A stretch of DNA of 64,000 nt from Escherichia coli (GTDB taxonomy: Bacteria; Pseudomonadota; Gammaproteobacteria; Enterobacterales; Enterobacteriaceae). Under the pieces are notes generated by a model. The model was not told the origin of the DNA and did not search any database. It saw only the letters and a list, made by a program, of their open reading frames with translations. This document shows, one piece after another, positions 14,042 through 26,784 of the stretch. The stretch is taken from NCBI RefSeq assembly GCF_036507355.1, contig NZ_AP027877.1, one strand, 5' to 3'. Both the position numbers and the translations under genes were made by a program. Numbering within the stretch: position 1 is the first letter of the stretch; each line of letters begins with the position of its first letter.

Positions 14042-14095
14042 ATGAGTACATGAATGAGTACAACATTCTTCCATCTTCATTTTAAGTGAGTACAA
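14042..14095 (+). promoter_or_regulatory. Three (A/G)TGAGTACA repeats upstream of the integrase; candidate arm-type binding sites
   Basis: ATGAGTACA at 14042 and 14054, GTGAGTACA at 14087; similar pair ATGAGTATA / ATGAGTACA at 61669-61689. Confidence 0.4.
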
Positions 14096-14126
14096 TAACG
14101 GTATAATAAATAAACAAGGCCCCGTT

Positions 14127-15320
14127 ATGCTCACTGATACACAATGCCGCACTGCCAAACCGAAAGAAAAACTCTATCGACTCAATGATTTCAACGGTCT
14201 CTACCTCGAAGTGAAACCCAATGGTAAAAAGGCTTGGCGTTATCGGTTTAAGCTCAACGGTAAATCCAGCATGTTTGCGCTAGGTGAGTACCCGACGGTC
14301 AAGCTTGCCGAGGCTCGAGAAAAATGCGAGCAAGCGCGAAAGCAGGTTGCGGAAGGAGTCAACCCAGCGCAAGCTCGTCAGTTAGATAAGATTCGTAAGG
14401 TTAACGACGCATCCAACACCTTTGAGCTGATCGCCAAAGAGTGGCTGCAGATGAAAGACTGGGCCGAAATTACCAAAACACGCCGACTGGATATGCTTGA
14501 ACGTGTGGTTTTCCCCTCAATCGGTAAGCTTCCAGTCAGAGAGATCACCCCACACCATATCCTTAAAATTCTTCAGGAAACTGCCAAACGAGGAGCACCG
14601 ACAGTTGCCGCAGAAGCCCGTCGCACCATTTCATCAGTTTTCGAGTTGGCTGTGGCAACGCTTAGAGCTGATAGCGATCCTGTCTGGCCTGTACGCAAGG
14701 CACTTCCGGCGAATAAGACACAGCACAAACAGGCATTGAATCCACAGCAAATCGGGAAGCTATTAAGCTGTTTTGATAACAGTCGCGGCTCATATCAGGT
14801 TAACTATTGCATGTGGCTAATGTGGTGGACGCTGGCGCGACCAGCCGAAGTCACCGAGGCAGAGTGGGCAGAGTTCGATCTTGGTAACGCACTGTGGACC
14901 ATTCCGGCAAGGCGTATGAAAGCTCGTAGGGAACATGTTATTCCCCTTCCTTCCCAAGCCGTCAACATGCTCAAAACACTACAAGGATTAACCGGGCATA
15001 GGCAGCATCTTTTTCCGGGCAGGGATAATCCGCTAGGCCCAATGACATCGCACTCTCTGCGTCAACTACTTAAAAGCCTCGGATGGAATGGCACTTATAG
15101 CCCCCATGCTACCAGAACTACAGGAAGTACGCGTTTAAACGAAATGGGCTATCGACCTGATGCTATTGAGGCCCAACTTGCGCACGCTGATACCAACAAT
15201 GTTCGTCGCACATACAACCATGCAACTTATCTTGATGAGCGAAAGGTTATGATGCAAGACTGGGCAGATAAACTTGAAGGATGGGTAGGAAGCACACACA
15301 GCAATATTGATGTTTCGTAA
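14127..15320 (+). CDS. int: P4-type tyrosine integrase (island left end)
   Basis: 397-aa ORF with phage-integrase boxes (catalytic R in ARPAEV, H-x-x-R in PHATRTT, Tyr in RTYNHATY). Confidence 0.9.
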   Translation: MLTDTQCRTAKPKEKLYRLNDFNGLYLEVKPNGKKAWRYRFKLNGKSSMFALGEYPTVKLAEAREKCEQARKQVAEGVNPAQARQLDKIRKVNDASNTFELIAKEWLQMKDWAEITKTRRLDMLERVVFPSIGKLPVREITPHHILKILQETAKRGAPTVAAEARRTISSVFELAVATLRADSDPVWPVRKALPANKTQHKQALNPQQIGKLLSCFDNSRGSYQVNYCMWLMWWTLARPAEVTEAEWAEFDLGNALWTIPARRMKARREHVIPLPSQAVNMLKTLQGLTGHRQHLFPGRDNPLGPMTSHSLRQLLKSLGWNGTYSPHATRTTGSTRLNEMGYRPDAIEAQLAHADTNNVRRTYNHATYLDERKVMMQDWADKLEGWVGSTHSNIDVS

Positions 15321-15719
15321 GTCATGATACATTGGTGTGTTCATACTGATTATTAAAGATTATTTTCCACCACAATATAAAAACCACGCTTTAGCCTATA
15401 TATTAGTAACCATCTGATTTAACTAATAATGTTTGCTATACTGATCCTGCATTATACTCCCTCTGTTTTTCCATCCCTCTAATAACATAGGACATATCCA
15501 TGCGCTGATATCATGTATCCAGCAGTGAAGCCAGTATGAGAAAGACTCTGGCGAACGAGTTTTGGCTGATAAGCTGGGGATCGCTAGTTCTGATAAGATG
15601 GATGAAGCTGAACTTGTCCTGTTAGAACAACTCTACCAGTCCGTTTTTGAAGAACAGTTCCCGTAAAGACAGCTCAGCATAGCCATGCTAAAAAGCTGGC
15701 ATCCCCGCAGGGGTGGTAA

Positions 15720-17888
<2,169 letters not shown>

Positions 17889-17989
17889 CTAAGCATCACA
17901 GTGGCAGGTCGACAGGGACAAACCTGTGAGTCTGCAGGCTCGACGTTGTGACAGAAACAATCGCATCACACATCAACACCACAGCTTCC

Positions 17990-18270
17990 CGCTTCTGGTC
18001 TGTCGTCAATACTTTCGCCCAAGAACCACCTGAAGCGCCTGAAGCGCCTCCTTATCCGGCATGGCTTCAGCAAGCAGCTTCTTTGAGTCTGGCGTTCTCT
18101 TCCTCAAGCGACTCCAGGTGCTTAACCTCAAGCACCGCCATACTTCTTATGCTATGTGTAAAGAGTGGCATCGGAAATAGCGTGCTTGCAGCAGAGCTCA
18201 CGGGCAGAAACTCCAGCTTCTGCTTCACGGAGAACGCTGATTATCTGTTCGTCGGAAAAACGCTTCTTCA
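17990..18270 (-). mobile_element. Remnant of an IS3-family orfA (IS407/IS2-group-like), disrupted
   Basis: Minus-strand translation gives MKKRFSDEQIISVLREAEAGVSARELC... then ...KKYGGMEVPEVKRLKSLEEENARLKKLLAEAMLDKEAL, broken by a stop/frameshift; approximate boundaries. Confidence 0.45.
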
Positions 18271-18450
18271 TGGGAATCATATTCGGCGTCAGGGTCAATA
18301 TAAAGGCATTACTAGCATCGGGATGTACTAATCAACGGAGAGCAAGATCACATCCCTAACAGTATGACCAGATAAGCTATTCATAGTAAAAAAATATATC
18401 CACTAACCATCTAGAAGATAAGTCATGATTTTCACGGTAATGACTCCAAC

Positions 18451-18954
18451 TTATTGATAGTGTTTTATGTTCAGATAATGCCCGATGACTTTGTCATGCA
18501 GCTCCACCGATTTTGAGAACGACAGCGACTTCCGTCCCAGCCGTGCCAGGTGCTGCCTCAGATTCAGGTTATGCCGCTCAATTCGCTGCGTATATCGCTT
18601 GCTGATTACGTGCAGCTTTCCCTTCAGGCGGGATTCATACAGCGGCCAGCCATCCGTCATCCATATCACCACGTCAAAGGGTGACAGCAGGCTCATAAGA
18701 CGCCCCAGCGTCGCCATAGTGCGTTCACCGAATACGTGCGCAACAACCGTCTTCCGGAGCCTGTCATACGCGTAAAACAGCCAGCGCTGGCGCGATTTAG
18801 CCCCGACGTATCCCCACTGTTCGTCCATTTCCGCGCAGACGATGACGTCACTGCCCGGCTGTATGCGCGAGGTTACCGACTGCGGCCTGAGTTTTTTAAA
18901 TGGCGGAAAATCGTGTTGAGGCCAACGCCAATAATGCGTGCACTGGCGCGACAT
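18451..18954 (-). CDS. insB: IS1 InsB (expressed as InsAB' by frameshift)
   Basis: 167-aa ORF recognised as IS1 InsB. Confidence 0.93.
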   Translation of the reverse strand: MSRQCTHYWRWPQHDFPPFKKLRPQSVTSRIQPGSDVIVCAEMDEQWGYVGAKSRQRWLFYAYDRLRKTVVAHVFGERTMATLGRLMSLLSPFDVVIWMTDGWPLYESRLKGKLHVISKRYTQRIERHNLNLRQHLARLGRKSLSFSKSVELHDKVIGHYLNIKHYQ

Positions 18955-19148
18955 CCGACGCCATTCATGGCCATATCAATGATTTTCTGGTGCGTACCGG
19001 GTTGAGAAGCGGTGTAAGTGAACTGCAGTTGCCATGTTTTACGGCAGTGAGAGCAGAGATAGCGCTGATGTCCGGCAGTGCTTTTGCCGTTACGCACCAC
19101 CCCGTCAGTAGCTGAACAGGTGGGACAGCTGATAGAAACAGAAGCCAC
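18873..19148 (-). CDS. insA: IS1 InsA
   Basis: 91-aa [43 protein letters not shown]... Confidence 0.93.
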   Translation of the reverse strand: MASVSISCPTCSATDGVVRNGKSTAGHQRYLCSHCRKTWQLQFTYTASQPGTHQKIIDMAMNGVGCRASARIIGVGLNTIFRHLKNSGRSR

Positions 19149-19504
19149 TGGAGCACCTCAAAAACACCATCATACACTAAATCAGTAAGTTGGCAGCATC
19201 ACCTAAGTCTTGAGCCATTATTTCTATAAAATACATGTTAAATCATATTAGAATAGTTTATACGATAATTCGCTTGAAGAAGAAAAACACTATTCTAATT
19301 CAAACATTTTATATTATCAAGAACCATGGTAATTACAGTTAATTTACAGTATCAGTGATGTGGTTTCCAAAAAAGTATGCCCAAACATTTAAATATATGC
19401 CTTCGATAAATGAACTTTAACTCATCAGAATGACTACCCATCAATACTATTGAGTATATGAAGACAATTCACAGTCCCATCTGGCGAATTTTTCAGATGG
19501 CGAG

Positions 19505-22500
19505 TTAAATATCTTCTGGTGATTCCCCCAGATACATCTTACGGTAATGATACACTTCAAAGAATTTCCCCTTGTCTTTGTAACTACTGATAAAGTAGCA
19601 ATGTGTTAAATACTTTAGCAGGATCTCATTACCTTCAGTTTTGTGAACTTTTGCTCGTTTGGTTTTATCCGCAATCAAATTATATTCTTCCGACACGAAG
19701 GCCATAAGCGCACGATTGATGTATTCAAAAGGCAGTTCTTCACACTCTAAAAGATGATTCAAAAACACAAGTCGAGTGTCATCTTCCGAAACATTAAGAA
19801 GGAGTGCTATACTGACTTTACTATTTAGGCTTATATGGTCGAAGAAACTATTGGTATAGTGCGGCCAGAGAACATTGATGATTGAAACTTTAGTCGTCAA
19901 CTCTATATCGTCATCATTGAGCACAAGCTCAATAAGTTCATTATCGAAATCTTCGTCATCTTGCAGATAAAACTCAATATTATTTTCAAAAACAGCAAGG
20001 TTGTTTCTAATCATAAGCGACAGACACTCATTGAGGCCCTTGCGACGTTGTCCCTCATAAATGCTGAGTACGTCTTCATAGAGCGCTTCTGACAGCAAAA
20101 CTCTGTTGCTCTCACAAAGTGCTTTAAATTTTGTCAGTGGCAGGTCACTGATTACCTTGTCGATACTTACAGGCAGCACGCTGATCAACTGTGCATATAA
20201 CGCGTCTGGCTTATCCGCTGCTGAAATGATGTGATTCACAACATTATCAATAGACTCCTCAGGAACACTGACCTTATGGCCTGAAAGCACCTCTGGATGG
20301 TGAGCAAAAAACGCCCACAATATCTCATCGTCGACATCGGTATACATGTAGTTAAATATGTTATCCCAGTTGGCAGCGACACGCCCATGTTTAAACAAGA
20401 GGTCATAAACAGTGAATGACGCACCCTCAACTACCGATAGCCTGATATTTTCAACTGTCGACAACTGCTGAACTTCAAAATCCATGTTTTCAATTATAAT
20501 TTCTTTGGAACGCTCAGTAGCGTCTGAATTAATTAGTGAAATAACGGATCCAACGCTTTCCTCAGAATGAATGAAATATTCCACAATAAACATCTCAAGG
20601 TTTGTATTTACAGCCTCAATTAAGCATGGGACTTTTTCACTCATAATTAAGGTATATGGATTGCGCGATAGTTCCTCAACATTCTTTCTGTTATTAGAGT
20701 ACGCATTAAACAGTGCAGTGAGGTTATTAATATTAAATACATACAGAAAATTCTCTGCGATAAACTTCACCAACGTACGTTCACTTTCATCGTTAGCTTC
20801 ATTGACGCTATCGAATACAATATTGAGCTCTTTTAATTTTATGCTGAATGACGCAATCTCATCGGGTCGTATGTATGTAAACAACGTAGTGTCTGTTTTT
20901 AATTCATGCAGATAATCCTGAACAGCACTTTGTCGGGTAATGTTTTCTATCAGACCAAAACGAAGTAATGACACAAATAACTGCTGATAAAAATCATCAT
21001 CAGAGTCAATGTCACGGTAAGTACTCATCGCCGCCATCAATTTACCCAATGTCTTTTCATCGCTTAAAATTAAATTAATTAAGTCATGATAGTCATCATT
21101 ACTAAATTCATAAAAATACGTCCGCATAGTGCGAATGATTAAGCCATGTGAGCAATAATTAAATAAATGAATAAAAACATCACGGGCAAAACCAGCTCGG
21201 CAGTTGATCAAAAAGCTAATTATATGCGGATGAAAAATCCCCTCGTAATATTTAAATGATAGCGACTCCATTTTATCTACAACATTGGAAACGTTATTCA
21301 GATGAATATCTTTTAACTCCTCAAAATTCACCTTAGCAGCGACCTTCTGGATATAAACATTATCTGATTTACTTAATGCACCTGCATGGAAGATAGAGCG
21401 ATATTGCATGTAATCCTGCTCAATATATCCATTTGACAACATGAAAAACAACAATTCCATATTGAAATTAATCGCTGAAGGCTTGGATGCATTTTTATTT
21501 CCCTTATCGTCAGTTGATGCAACATTAAGCAACCACTCACTCAATTTCGCTAAGGTTATTTTTTCACATAATTCATGAAGTGATAGGCCATTTCGTTGAT
21601 TAAGAACACGCTGTGTGTTTAAAATATTTTTAGATAATTGCTCAACGGTTTTTTGGTTCTTATCTAAAATAACTGGTGAGCGTTTGTTATATTCACGTAA
21701 ACTCTCAGCTCGCTTATTATGTGGAATTTGGAAGGTATCTTGATATTCATACCCGTTTCTTGAATATGTGATAGCTATTCCGGATGGAAGCTCTCTGTTC
21801 AGAAAATCACAAAACAATGATTCATCCCCACAAAGTTCAACAAAGCTCCAGCTACTCCCAACTTGCCCATACTTATTATGGCTTATATAAAACACTGTAT
21901 TCGATTCAATTTGTTCAGGAAGATAACGCCTTAGAATTTCAACCCTCAGATTTAAACTGGATGTTTGCAATTCCTTTTGTACTTTCACCAACTTTTCTTT
22001 CTGCTGAGAAATCTTTATTTCCAAATCTTTAAAATACACGTCATGTAGCGTTCTCTTAGAGTAAGCATTAACTATTCTGTATAAAAAACCATCCTGATTA
22101 TCAAGCAGAGTGAAATCTTTGGTACATAAATTTTTATACATTATCAAAGAAAATAACTTCACATCAGAAATCTCACCCGTAATTAATTTTTTAAAAATAT
22201 TAAATTCATTTATAACATTATTCATCACCCGCATATCAGTCAGGTAAAGGGATACTTTCTTGAAAAACTGCTCTTTATCTACCGAATTAAAGTTTATAAC
22301 TTTACTACTTAATATGTCATACGCATTCTCACTATCTACTGCAGGTATAATCGGCACAATAAAATCAAAAAATTTTGTTTGTGATTCAGCATCCTTTAAT
22401 AAATCCTCCCTGACTGCAAAAATAAATTTAATCGGTTTCTTTTCCAATAGTCTGGAATTGTTTATCACTTGATTTATTTCACGGAGCTTAATAAAAATAT

Positions 22501-23407
22501 GACCATTGTTTAAACGGTCTAAATCTTCAAATACGACAACTCTATACTTTGTTTTAAGGAAGAAGTAAACAATCTCATCAATATACAAATTTAGCAGAGA
22601 AGCTGTATTCTGTTTTTCCGCCGCAATTTCTGCCTTTAAGAGATTTACTTTATCAAGAGCAATTTTTCTGTCAAAAAATCCTATCCGATAAAAACGAGAC
22701 AGCAGATACCAACAAATGATAAATGATAGCGAACCGATACATCCCCAACGCCATACCGGATGTATCGCAATGAAATGACTCACCGCTGACGGTAATGAAA
22801 ACGTGTTGATAATTTTTTGAGGAAACAACAATGTAGTGACAACGATTGTCAGTATGAGAACAAAAAACAGCAAACAGGATGTTATTAGTATTTGCCCAAC
22901 ACTTCGGGTGTGAATGCGCTCTACCCGCGAATCTGGCAGCGTACCTTTATCCACTTTGTATAAAATCTGCTGTAATATGCTGTATTCAATGCTTTGTTCT
23001 TTTGATAAAGACTCGGAACTTTTTAGTGTCTCATCCGTTTCAAAGTTTGCCAGTGAGATAATCACGTGCTCATCCGCTGGTTTTAAACTTGTAAACCTGA
23101 GCCAATATTTCAGGCGGTGCCACAACCGCTTTCGCCCTTCAATTTTTTTAAGGTATGAGAGAATAACCGAGCTTTTACCCGCGCCATAGGACCCCGTGAT
23201 GGCGATGTTCTTCACATCATCCCGGCTGAGGGCATAATCCAACGCCTTAAAATAGGGTTGATATCCCTCTTTATCAGGATCGACAATCGGTGTTAGCGTT
23301 TGGAATTCCCTTTCCGTTCCTGAATTGTTTTCTGAAGTAACCTGAAGCCTTGCGACTGTTTTATGCAACCAGTCTGCGATCGTTTTCAACCCGAAAGACA
23401 GCGCCAT
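19505..23407 (-). CDS. KAP-family P-loop NTPase with large C-terminal extension (1300 aa)
   Basis: Walker A GSYGAGKSS, two hydrophobic helices inserted before Walker B VVVFEDLDRL (KAP hallmark), then about 900 aa with no recognisable motif; gene visibly AT-rich. Confidence 0.75.
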   Translation of the reverse strand: MALSFGLKTIADWLHKTVARLQVTSENNSGTEREFQTLTPIVDPDKEGYQPYFKALDYALSRDDVKNIAITGSYGAGKSSVILSYLKKIEGRKRLWHRLKYWLRFTSLKPADEHVIISLANFETDETLKSSESLSKEQSIEYSILQQILYKVDKGTLPDSRVERIHTRSVGQILITSCLLFFVLILTIVVTTLLFPQKIINTFSLPSAVSHFIAIHPVWRWGCIGSLSFIICWYLLSRFYRIGFFDRKIALDKVNLLKAEIAAEKQNTASLLNLYIDEIVYFFLKTKYRVVVFEDLDRLNNGHIFIKLREINQVINNSRLLEKKPIKFIFAVREDLLKDAESQTKFFDFIVPIIPAVDSENAYDILSSKVINFNSVDKEQFFKKVSLYLTDMRVMNNVINEFNIFKKLITGEISDVKLFSLIMYKNLCTKDFTLLDNQDGFLYRIVNAYSKRTLHDVYFKDLEIKISQQKEKLVKVQKELQTSSLNLRVEILRRYLPEQIESNTVFYISHNKYGQVGSSWSFVELCGDESLFCDFLNRELPSGIAITYSRNGYEYQDTFQIPHNKRAESLREYNKRSPVILDKNQKTVEQLSKNILNTQRVLNQRNGLSLHELCEKITLAKLSEWLLNVASTDDKGNKNASKPSAINFNMELLFFMLSNGYIEQDYMQYRSIFHAGALSKSDNVYIQKVAAKVNFEELKDIHLNNVSNVVDKMESLSFKYYEGIFHPHIISFLINCRAGFARDVFIHLFNYCSHGLIIRTMRTYFYEFSNDDYHDLINLILSDEKTLGKLMAAMSTYRDIDSDDDFYQQLFVSLLRFGLIENITRQSAVQDYLHELKTDTTLFTYIRPDEIASFSIKLKELNIVFDSVNEANDESERTLVKFIAENFLYVFNINNLTALFNAYSNNRKNVEELSRNPYTLIMSEKVPCLIEAVNTNLEMFIVEYFIHSEESVGSVISLINSDATERSKEIIIENMDFEVQQLSTVENIRLSVVEGASFTVYDLLFKHGRVAANWDNIFNYMYTDVDDEILWAFFAHHPEVLSGHKVSVPEESIDNVVNHIISAADKPDALYAQLISVLPVSIDKVISDLPLTKFKALCESNRVLLSEALYEDVLSIYEGQRRKGLNECLSLMIRNNLAVFENNIEFYLQDDEDFDNELIELVLNDDDIELTTKVSIINVLWPHYTNSFFDHISLNSKVSIALLLNVSEDDTRLVFLNHLLECEELPFEYINRALMAFVSEEYNLIADKTKRAKVHKTEGNEILLKYLTHCYFISSYKDKGKFFEVYHYRKMYLGESPEDI

Positions 23408-23668
23408 TGAGTGTCCTCACAATCACGAATATTAAATTCATAAATTGGAGACAATCCTAACATGAATCAAAAGAATCATCACACAATCATGTAGTTAAAA
23501 GAACAAGCTGGAACCTGATTTTTTATAGCATTTTCACGCAGCACAGTTTTTGCCCACGATAGTATCACCGGATTACGCTCACTCAAGATCAAGCTTATCG
23601 TACACCCGCACTACATATCAGCTACACCCATCACCGTAACCGAGTCCCATCGATATTCACTGACTAGT

Positions 23669-23713
23669 GTTGATACACCCATATAGATATATATACCCAT
23701 TGAGTGTATCAAC
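23669..23713. repeat. Inverted repeat (10-bp arms GTTGATACAC / GTGTATCAAC around an AT-rich TATATATA core) between the 290-aa gene and the KAP NTPase gene
   Basis: Perfect 10-bp arms separated by 25 bp; candidate operator or attenuator. Confidence 0.4.
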
Positions 23714-23765
23714 TGATGGATTACATGCGTCTAAACGCTTATAGACATCCTGTCTTATGGACAAA

Positions 23766-24638
23766 CTACTTACGGGTTCTCACCCCAGAGGTAAATGTCA
23801 GTCCAGTAAACCCCATCTCATCCTGCTTACATAACGCCCGTGCCAACAGAACAGGCGGCAGCCTGTGTTTGGGGGTACGGCGTTTTCCTGCCTCATCAGG
23901 ATAAGGTCTTACTTCCAGCCACATCCCCTTGAAGCAGTATGTTACCTGCTCGTCAAAATCCTTCAGCTTCTGGCTTTTCATCGGCCGACTGATTATCCCC
24001 GCTCTGGCCCGCATATTTTTATCCCTCTTCATCGCCTTTCTTAGCGTTTTGAGCGCCCCCGGCTCTCTCGGCATCAGTAGATGCAGGTGAGGCATCCAGC
24101 GCTGGATATCGGTGTGAAAATCCAACTCGTAGTCACCCACTATTTTGCCCGTAAATCCGGCTCTTTTTATCATCTTGTAGACCCGCTCCCGGAACTTCTT
24201 ATGATCCCAGCGGCTGATCTCGTCTTCTTTCAGCATGGCATCGTAATAAACCAGCGTAACCACTCTGTACGCGCCCTTAGAGGCCCTCAGTGGGAGCAAT
24301 TCAGTCAGCTTACGTAACCTGTGCAGGCGGAAACACTGTGGGCAGGCCGCGCTACCACATTGATGTTCTGGCATACAGCCCTCCAGTTTTCTCTTTAACC
24401 GAAACATCCGCCCTCGCCACTTTTTGTGTGCTTTTCTGACTTCTTTGCTCTCATCCTGATTATCATTCCTGTTCTGCCGCACAGCCTTTCGTATTGCTTT
24501 TATGCGGTACAGGCGTTCCTTCTCCATTTGCTCCCGGGTTTCAAAACCCGGAATGGTAAGAGCTAACTTTTCCAGTTGGCGCTCTTCTTCTGTCAGTGAT
24601 GCATACACTGCTCGCGCAATACGGTTTGTACCAAACAT
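23766..24638 (-). CDS. Hypothetical protein with Cys-rich zinc-finger-like motif, immediately downstream of alpA
   Basis: ORF 23766-24689; start placed at the ATG at 24638 adjacent to the alpA stop; contains CMPEHQCGSAACPQC; no confident family. Confidence 0.6.
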   Translation of the reverse strand: MFGTNRIARAVYASLTEEERQLEKLALTIPGFETREQMEKERLYRIKAIRKAVRQNRNDNQDESKEVRKAHKKWRGRMFRLKRKLEGCMPEHQCGSAACPQCFRLHRLRKLTELLPLRASKGAYRVVTLVYYDAMLKEDEISRWDHKKFRERVYKMIKRAGFTGKIVGDYELDFHTDIQRWMPHLHLLMPREPGALKTLRKAMKRDKNMRARAGIISRPMKSQKLKDFDEQVTYCFKGMWLEVRPYPDEAGKRRTPKHRLPPVLLARALCKQDEMGFTGLTFTSGVRTRK

Positions 24639-24639
24639 A

Positions 24640-24834
24640 TCAGCAACCTCCTCTGGTCCCACGGGAAGCAATCCACTCATTGACTTCACTTTCCAGCCAG
24701 GCCACCGCTCGTCCTCCTGTCAGGGATTTTTGGCGTGGGAAAGTCCCTTTTTCAATCATCCGGTACAGTGTGGCGCGGCTCACCGCACAGCGTTCCAGCA
24801 CAGCCTGAATTTTGACCAGTTTCATATCATTCAT
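24640..24834 (-). CDS. alpA: AlpA-family phage transcriptional regulator / excisionase-like protein
   Basis: 64-aa ORF with AlpA-type HTH (RCAVSRATLYRMIEKGTFP). Confidence 0.85.
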   Translation of the reverse strand: MNDMKLVKIQAVLERCAVSRATLYRMIEKGTFPRQKSLTGGRAVAWLESEVNEWIASRGTRGGC

Positions 24835-24941
24835 GTTTCAACGTTCCTCAACAAGGAAAGGGAACGCGCTATTAACAAGATCCAAAATCGGGGCTCTGTG
24901 AGGGGGGGGTTGGGACGTCTACTGGCTCGTTTCATACCTAT

Positions 24942-25547
24942 TTGTCGGGCCGACACTTTATGTCCATTGTCGGTCCGACAAAAGAGTCGTTAGAATGCTC
25001 AAAAATGAATGCATCAACGGGAGTTCGCGTGACAGGAAAAAGGCAGACCAGCCGCCAGAAACGGTCAGATAAAATGAGGAAAAATGCAGGATTGACTCAA
25101 GTGAAGGTTTACCTGGATGAAACCACTCTGCAGTTACTGGGGTTACTTCAGGAAAATATGTCAGAAGGTGATATGAAGGGTGATGAGGTCAATATGTTCC
25201 GTAGCATGGCTATAACGGCCAGTATCCACACCCTGGCAAAAGAACGACTGGGGGAACAAGAAGTATCGCATATGGTGATCAAGAACCTCGGTGCTGACTG
25301 CCCATCCGACGAAGCGACAGAAAACCCACGTAAGTTTCTTCTCCGGACGATGATTAACCACCTGTATGATAATGGCACACACAATCCGCACCGCCGTCGA
25401 TTGTCAGAAGTGGCTGGAATTATGAATGAAAGCAGTTTCAGGAACCCGAAGAACAAAAAAGGGGGATGGAGTGAAAATGATATCAGTCACTATGTCAGCA
25501 ATGACATAAAACTGGAAAATGATACCTCGGTTGATGTACCGGGCTAA
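24942..25547 (+). CDS. Hypothetical protein, divergent from alpA
   Basis: 201-aa ORF; true start uncertain; no recognisable motif. Confidence 0.45.
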   Translation: MSGRHFMSIVGPTKESLECSKMNASTGVRVTGKRQTSRQKRSDKMRKNAGLTQVKVYLDETTLQLLGLLQENMSEGDMKGDEVNMFRSMAITASIHTLAKERLGEQEVSHMVIKNLGADCPSDEATENPRKFLLRTMINHLYDNGTHNPHRRRLSEVAGIMNESSFRNPKNKKGGWSENDISHYVSNDIKLENDTSVDVPG

Positions 25548-25760
25548 GCAAATCTATACACCAATATATTTATCTCTGGAATACCCTGGTCGGGGAGCAC
25601 GAATTAGTTATTCATCAGGGGTGGTGAGTTGGTCGTGCTTTCCCGGAAGGCAGGTGCGCCAACGCCAGTACTTGGTATACCTGTGGGCTATCAAAAATAG
25701 TCTCTGGCCCCGTTTGATGGTTTTAACCAACAGGCTGCGGTGGTCATCCCCCATGAAAGC

Positions 25761-26708
25761 TTACCAGCAACATAGCGCCCTGGAGGCTCTGTCTACAGCC
25801 TGCCTGCCCCTACAGTCATAGCGTGTGGTCGTGGATATATCCGCATGTCCTGCCAACTGGCGCACCACATTAATGTCCACTCCCTGCTCCAGCAGGCGGG
25901 TGATGAATGTCCGTCGCAGGTCGTGGGGGGTGAAGTAATCCACTTCTGCAGCTTCGCGTAACTGCGCCAACAGCCCTGTAAGACCCGTGGTGGTAAGCCG
26001 TTGTCGTCCTGGCTGCCCCGCACGACTGATGCGACTGAACAGCGGCCCGGCATGATACCCCCGGAGCTTCAGCCATCGCCGCAGTTGCATGCAGACTTTT
26101 CCGGAAAGGTGGATTTCCCGGATTTTGCGCCCCTTTCCCTGCCTGACAATCACGATCCCCGTGGCTACATCTATATCTCCCACGTCCAGGGCTACCAGTT
26201 CGGCGGCACGCAGACCTGCGCCACACAGAAGCAGCAAAATAGCCCGATTACGCTGGCAACGTACAGCGTCAGCCTTTCCGGCCGCCGCCAGCATGGCCCG
26301 AATTTCGGTCCTGTCCAACGCCCTGCCCAAGCGGGTGGCACTGCCAGTGACACGCCTGACTGAACGTATGCGCGTCAGTCTGTCAGCATCCAGAATCCCC
26401 ATACTGAAAGCCGCTCCGGCAACCGATTTCAGCGCCGACAGCGCCATGTTCACCGTGGCAACAGCATAGCCCTCATCCAGCAGCACCGAGCGTACCCGCA
26501 TCACGCTCGTGTAGTCCAACGTATGCCAGGGGTAGGTGTCGGGCTTCGCCCCCGGACGGAGGATACCGGCACATCGTCGGAGTAAGCTTTGCATCCCCCT
26601 GCGCCCGGCTGGCGTCAGGCTTGCCAGCCACAGCAATGCTGGGTTGATGGAGAGGGCATTTTGCGGGTGGACAGATGCCGCGCGTTTACCATTGCGGCTC
26701 GTGGTCAT
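25761..26708 (-). CDS. Tyrosine-type site-specific recombinase (XerC/XerD-like, about 315 aa)
   Basis: Catalytic-box residues (R in LRAAEL, HDLRRTF, ISTTTRY); visibly GC-rich relative to neighbours. Confidence 0.8.
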   Translation of the reverse strand: MTTSRNGKRAASVHPQNALSINPALLWLASLTPAGRRGMQSLLRRCAGILRPGAKPDTYPWHTLDYTSVMRVRSVLLDEGYAVATVNMALSALKSVAGAAFSMGILDADRLTRIRSVRRVTGSATRLGRALDRTEIRAMLAAAGKADAVRCQRNRAILLLLCGAGLRAAELVALDVGDIDVATGIVIVRQGKGRKIREIHLSGKVCMQLRRWLKLRGYHAGPLFSRISRAGQPGRQRLTTTGLTGLLAQLREAAEVDYFTPHDLRRTFITRLLEQGVDINVVRQLAGHADISTTTRYDCRGRQAVDRASRALCCW

Positions 26709-26784
26709 AATATCATCCTTATTATTGATAGTGGGATATCCCGGTCAGGTCTGACCGGGAGTGAGGGTTAATATGTCTTCGTAG

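Larger units (their letters stand above)
18436..19203 (-). mobile_element. IS1 (768 bp), copy 1
   Basis: Terminal repeats GGTAATGACTCCAACTTATTGATAGTG at 18436 and ...CAGTAAGTTGGCAGCATCACC ending 19203; insA and insB present. Confidence 0.95.

Noticed and set aside
17948-18359. Plus-strand ORFs 17948-18331 and 18165-18359 between the IS100-like element and IS1
   Set aside because: The minus strand here encodes a recognisable, though disrupted, IS3-family OrfA remnant; the plus-strand ORFs are its shadow.
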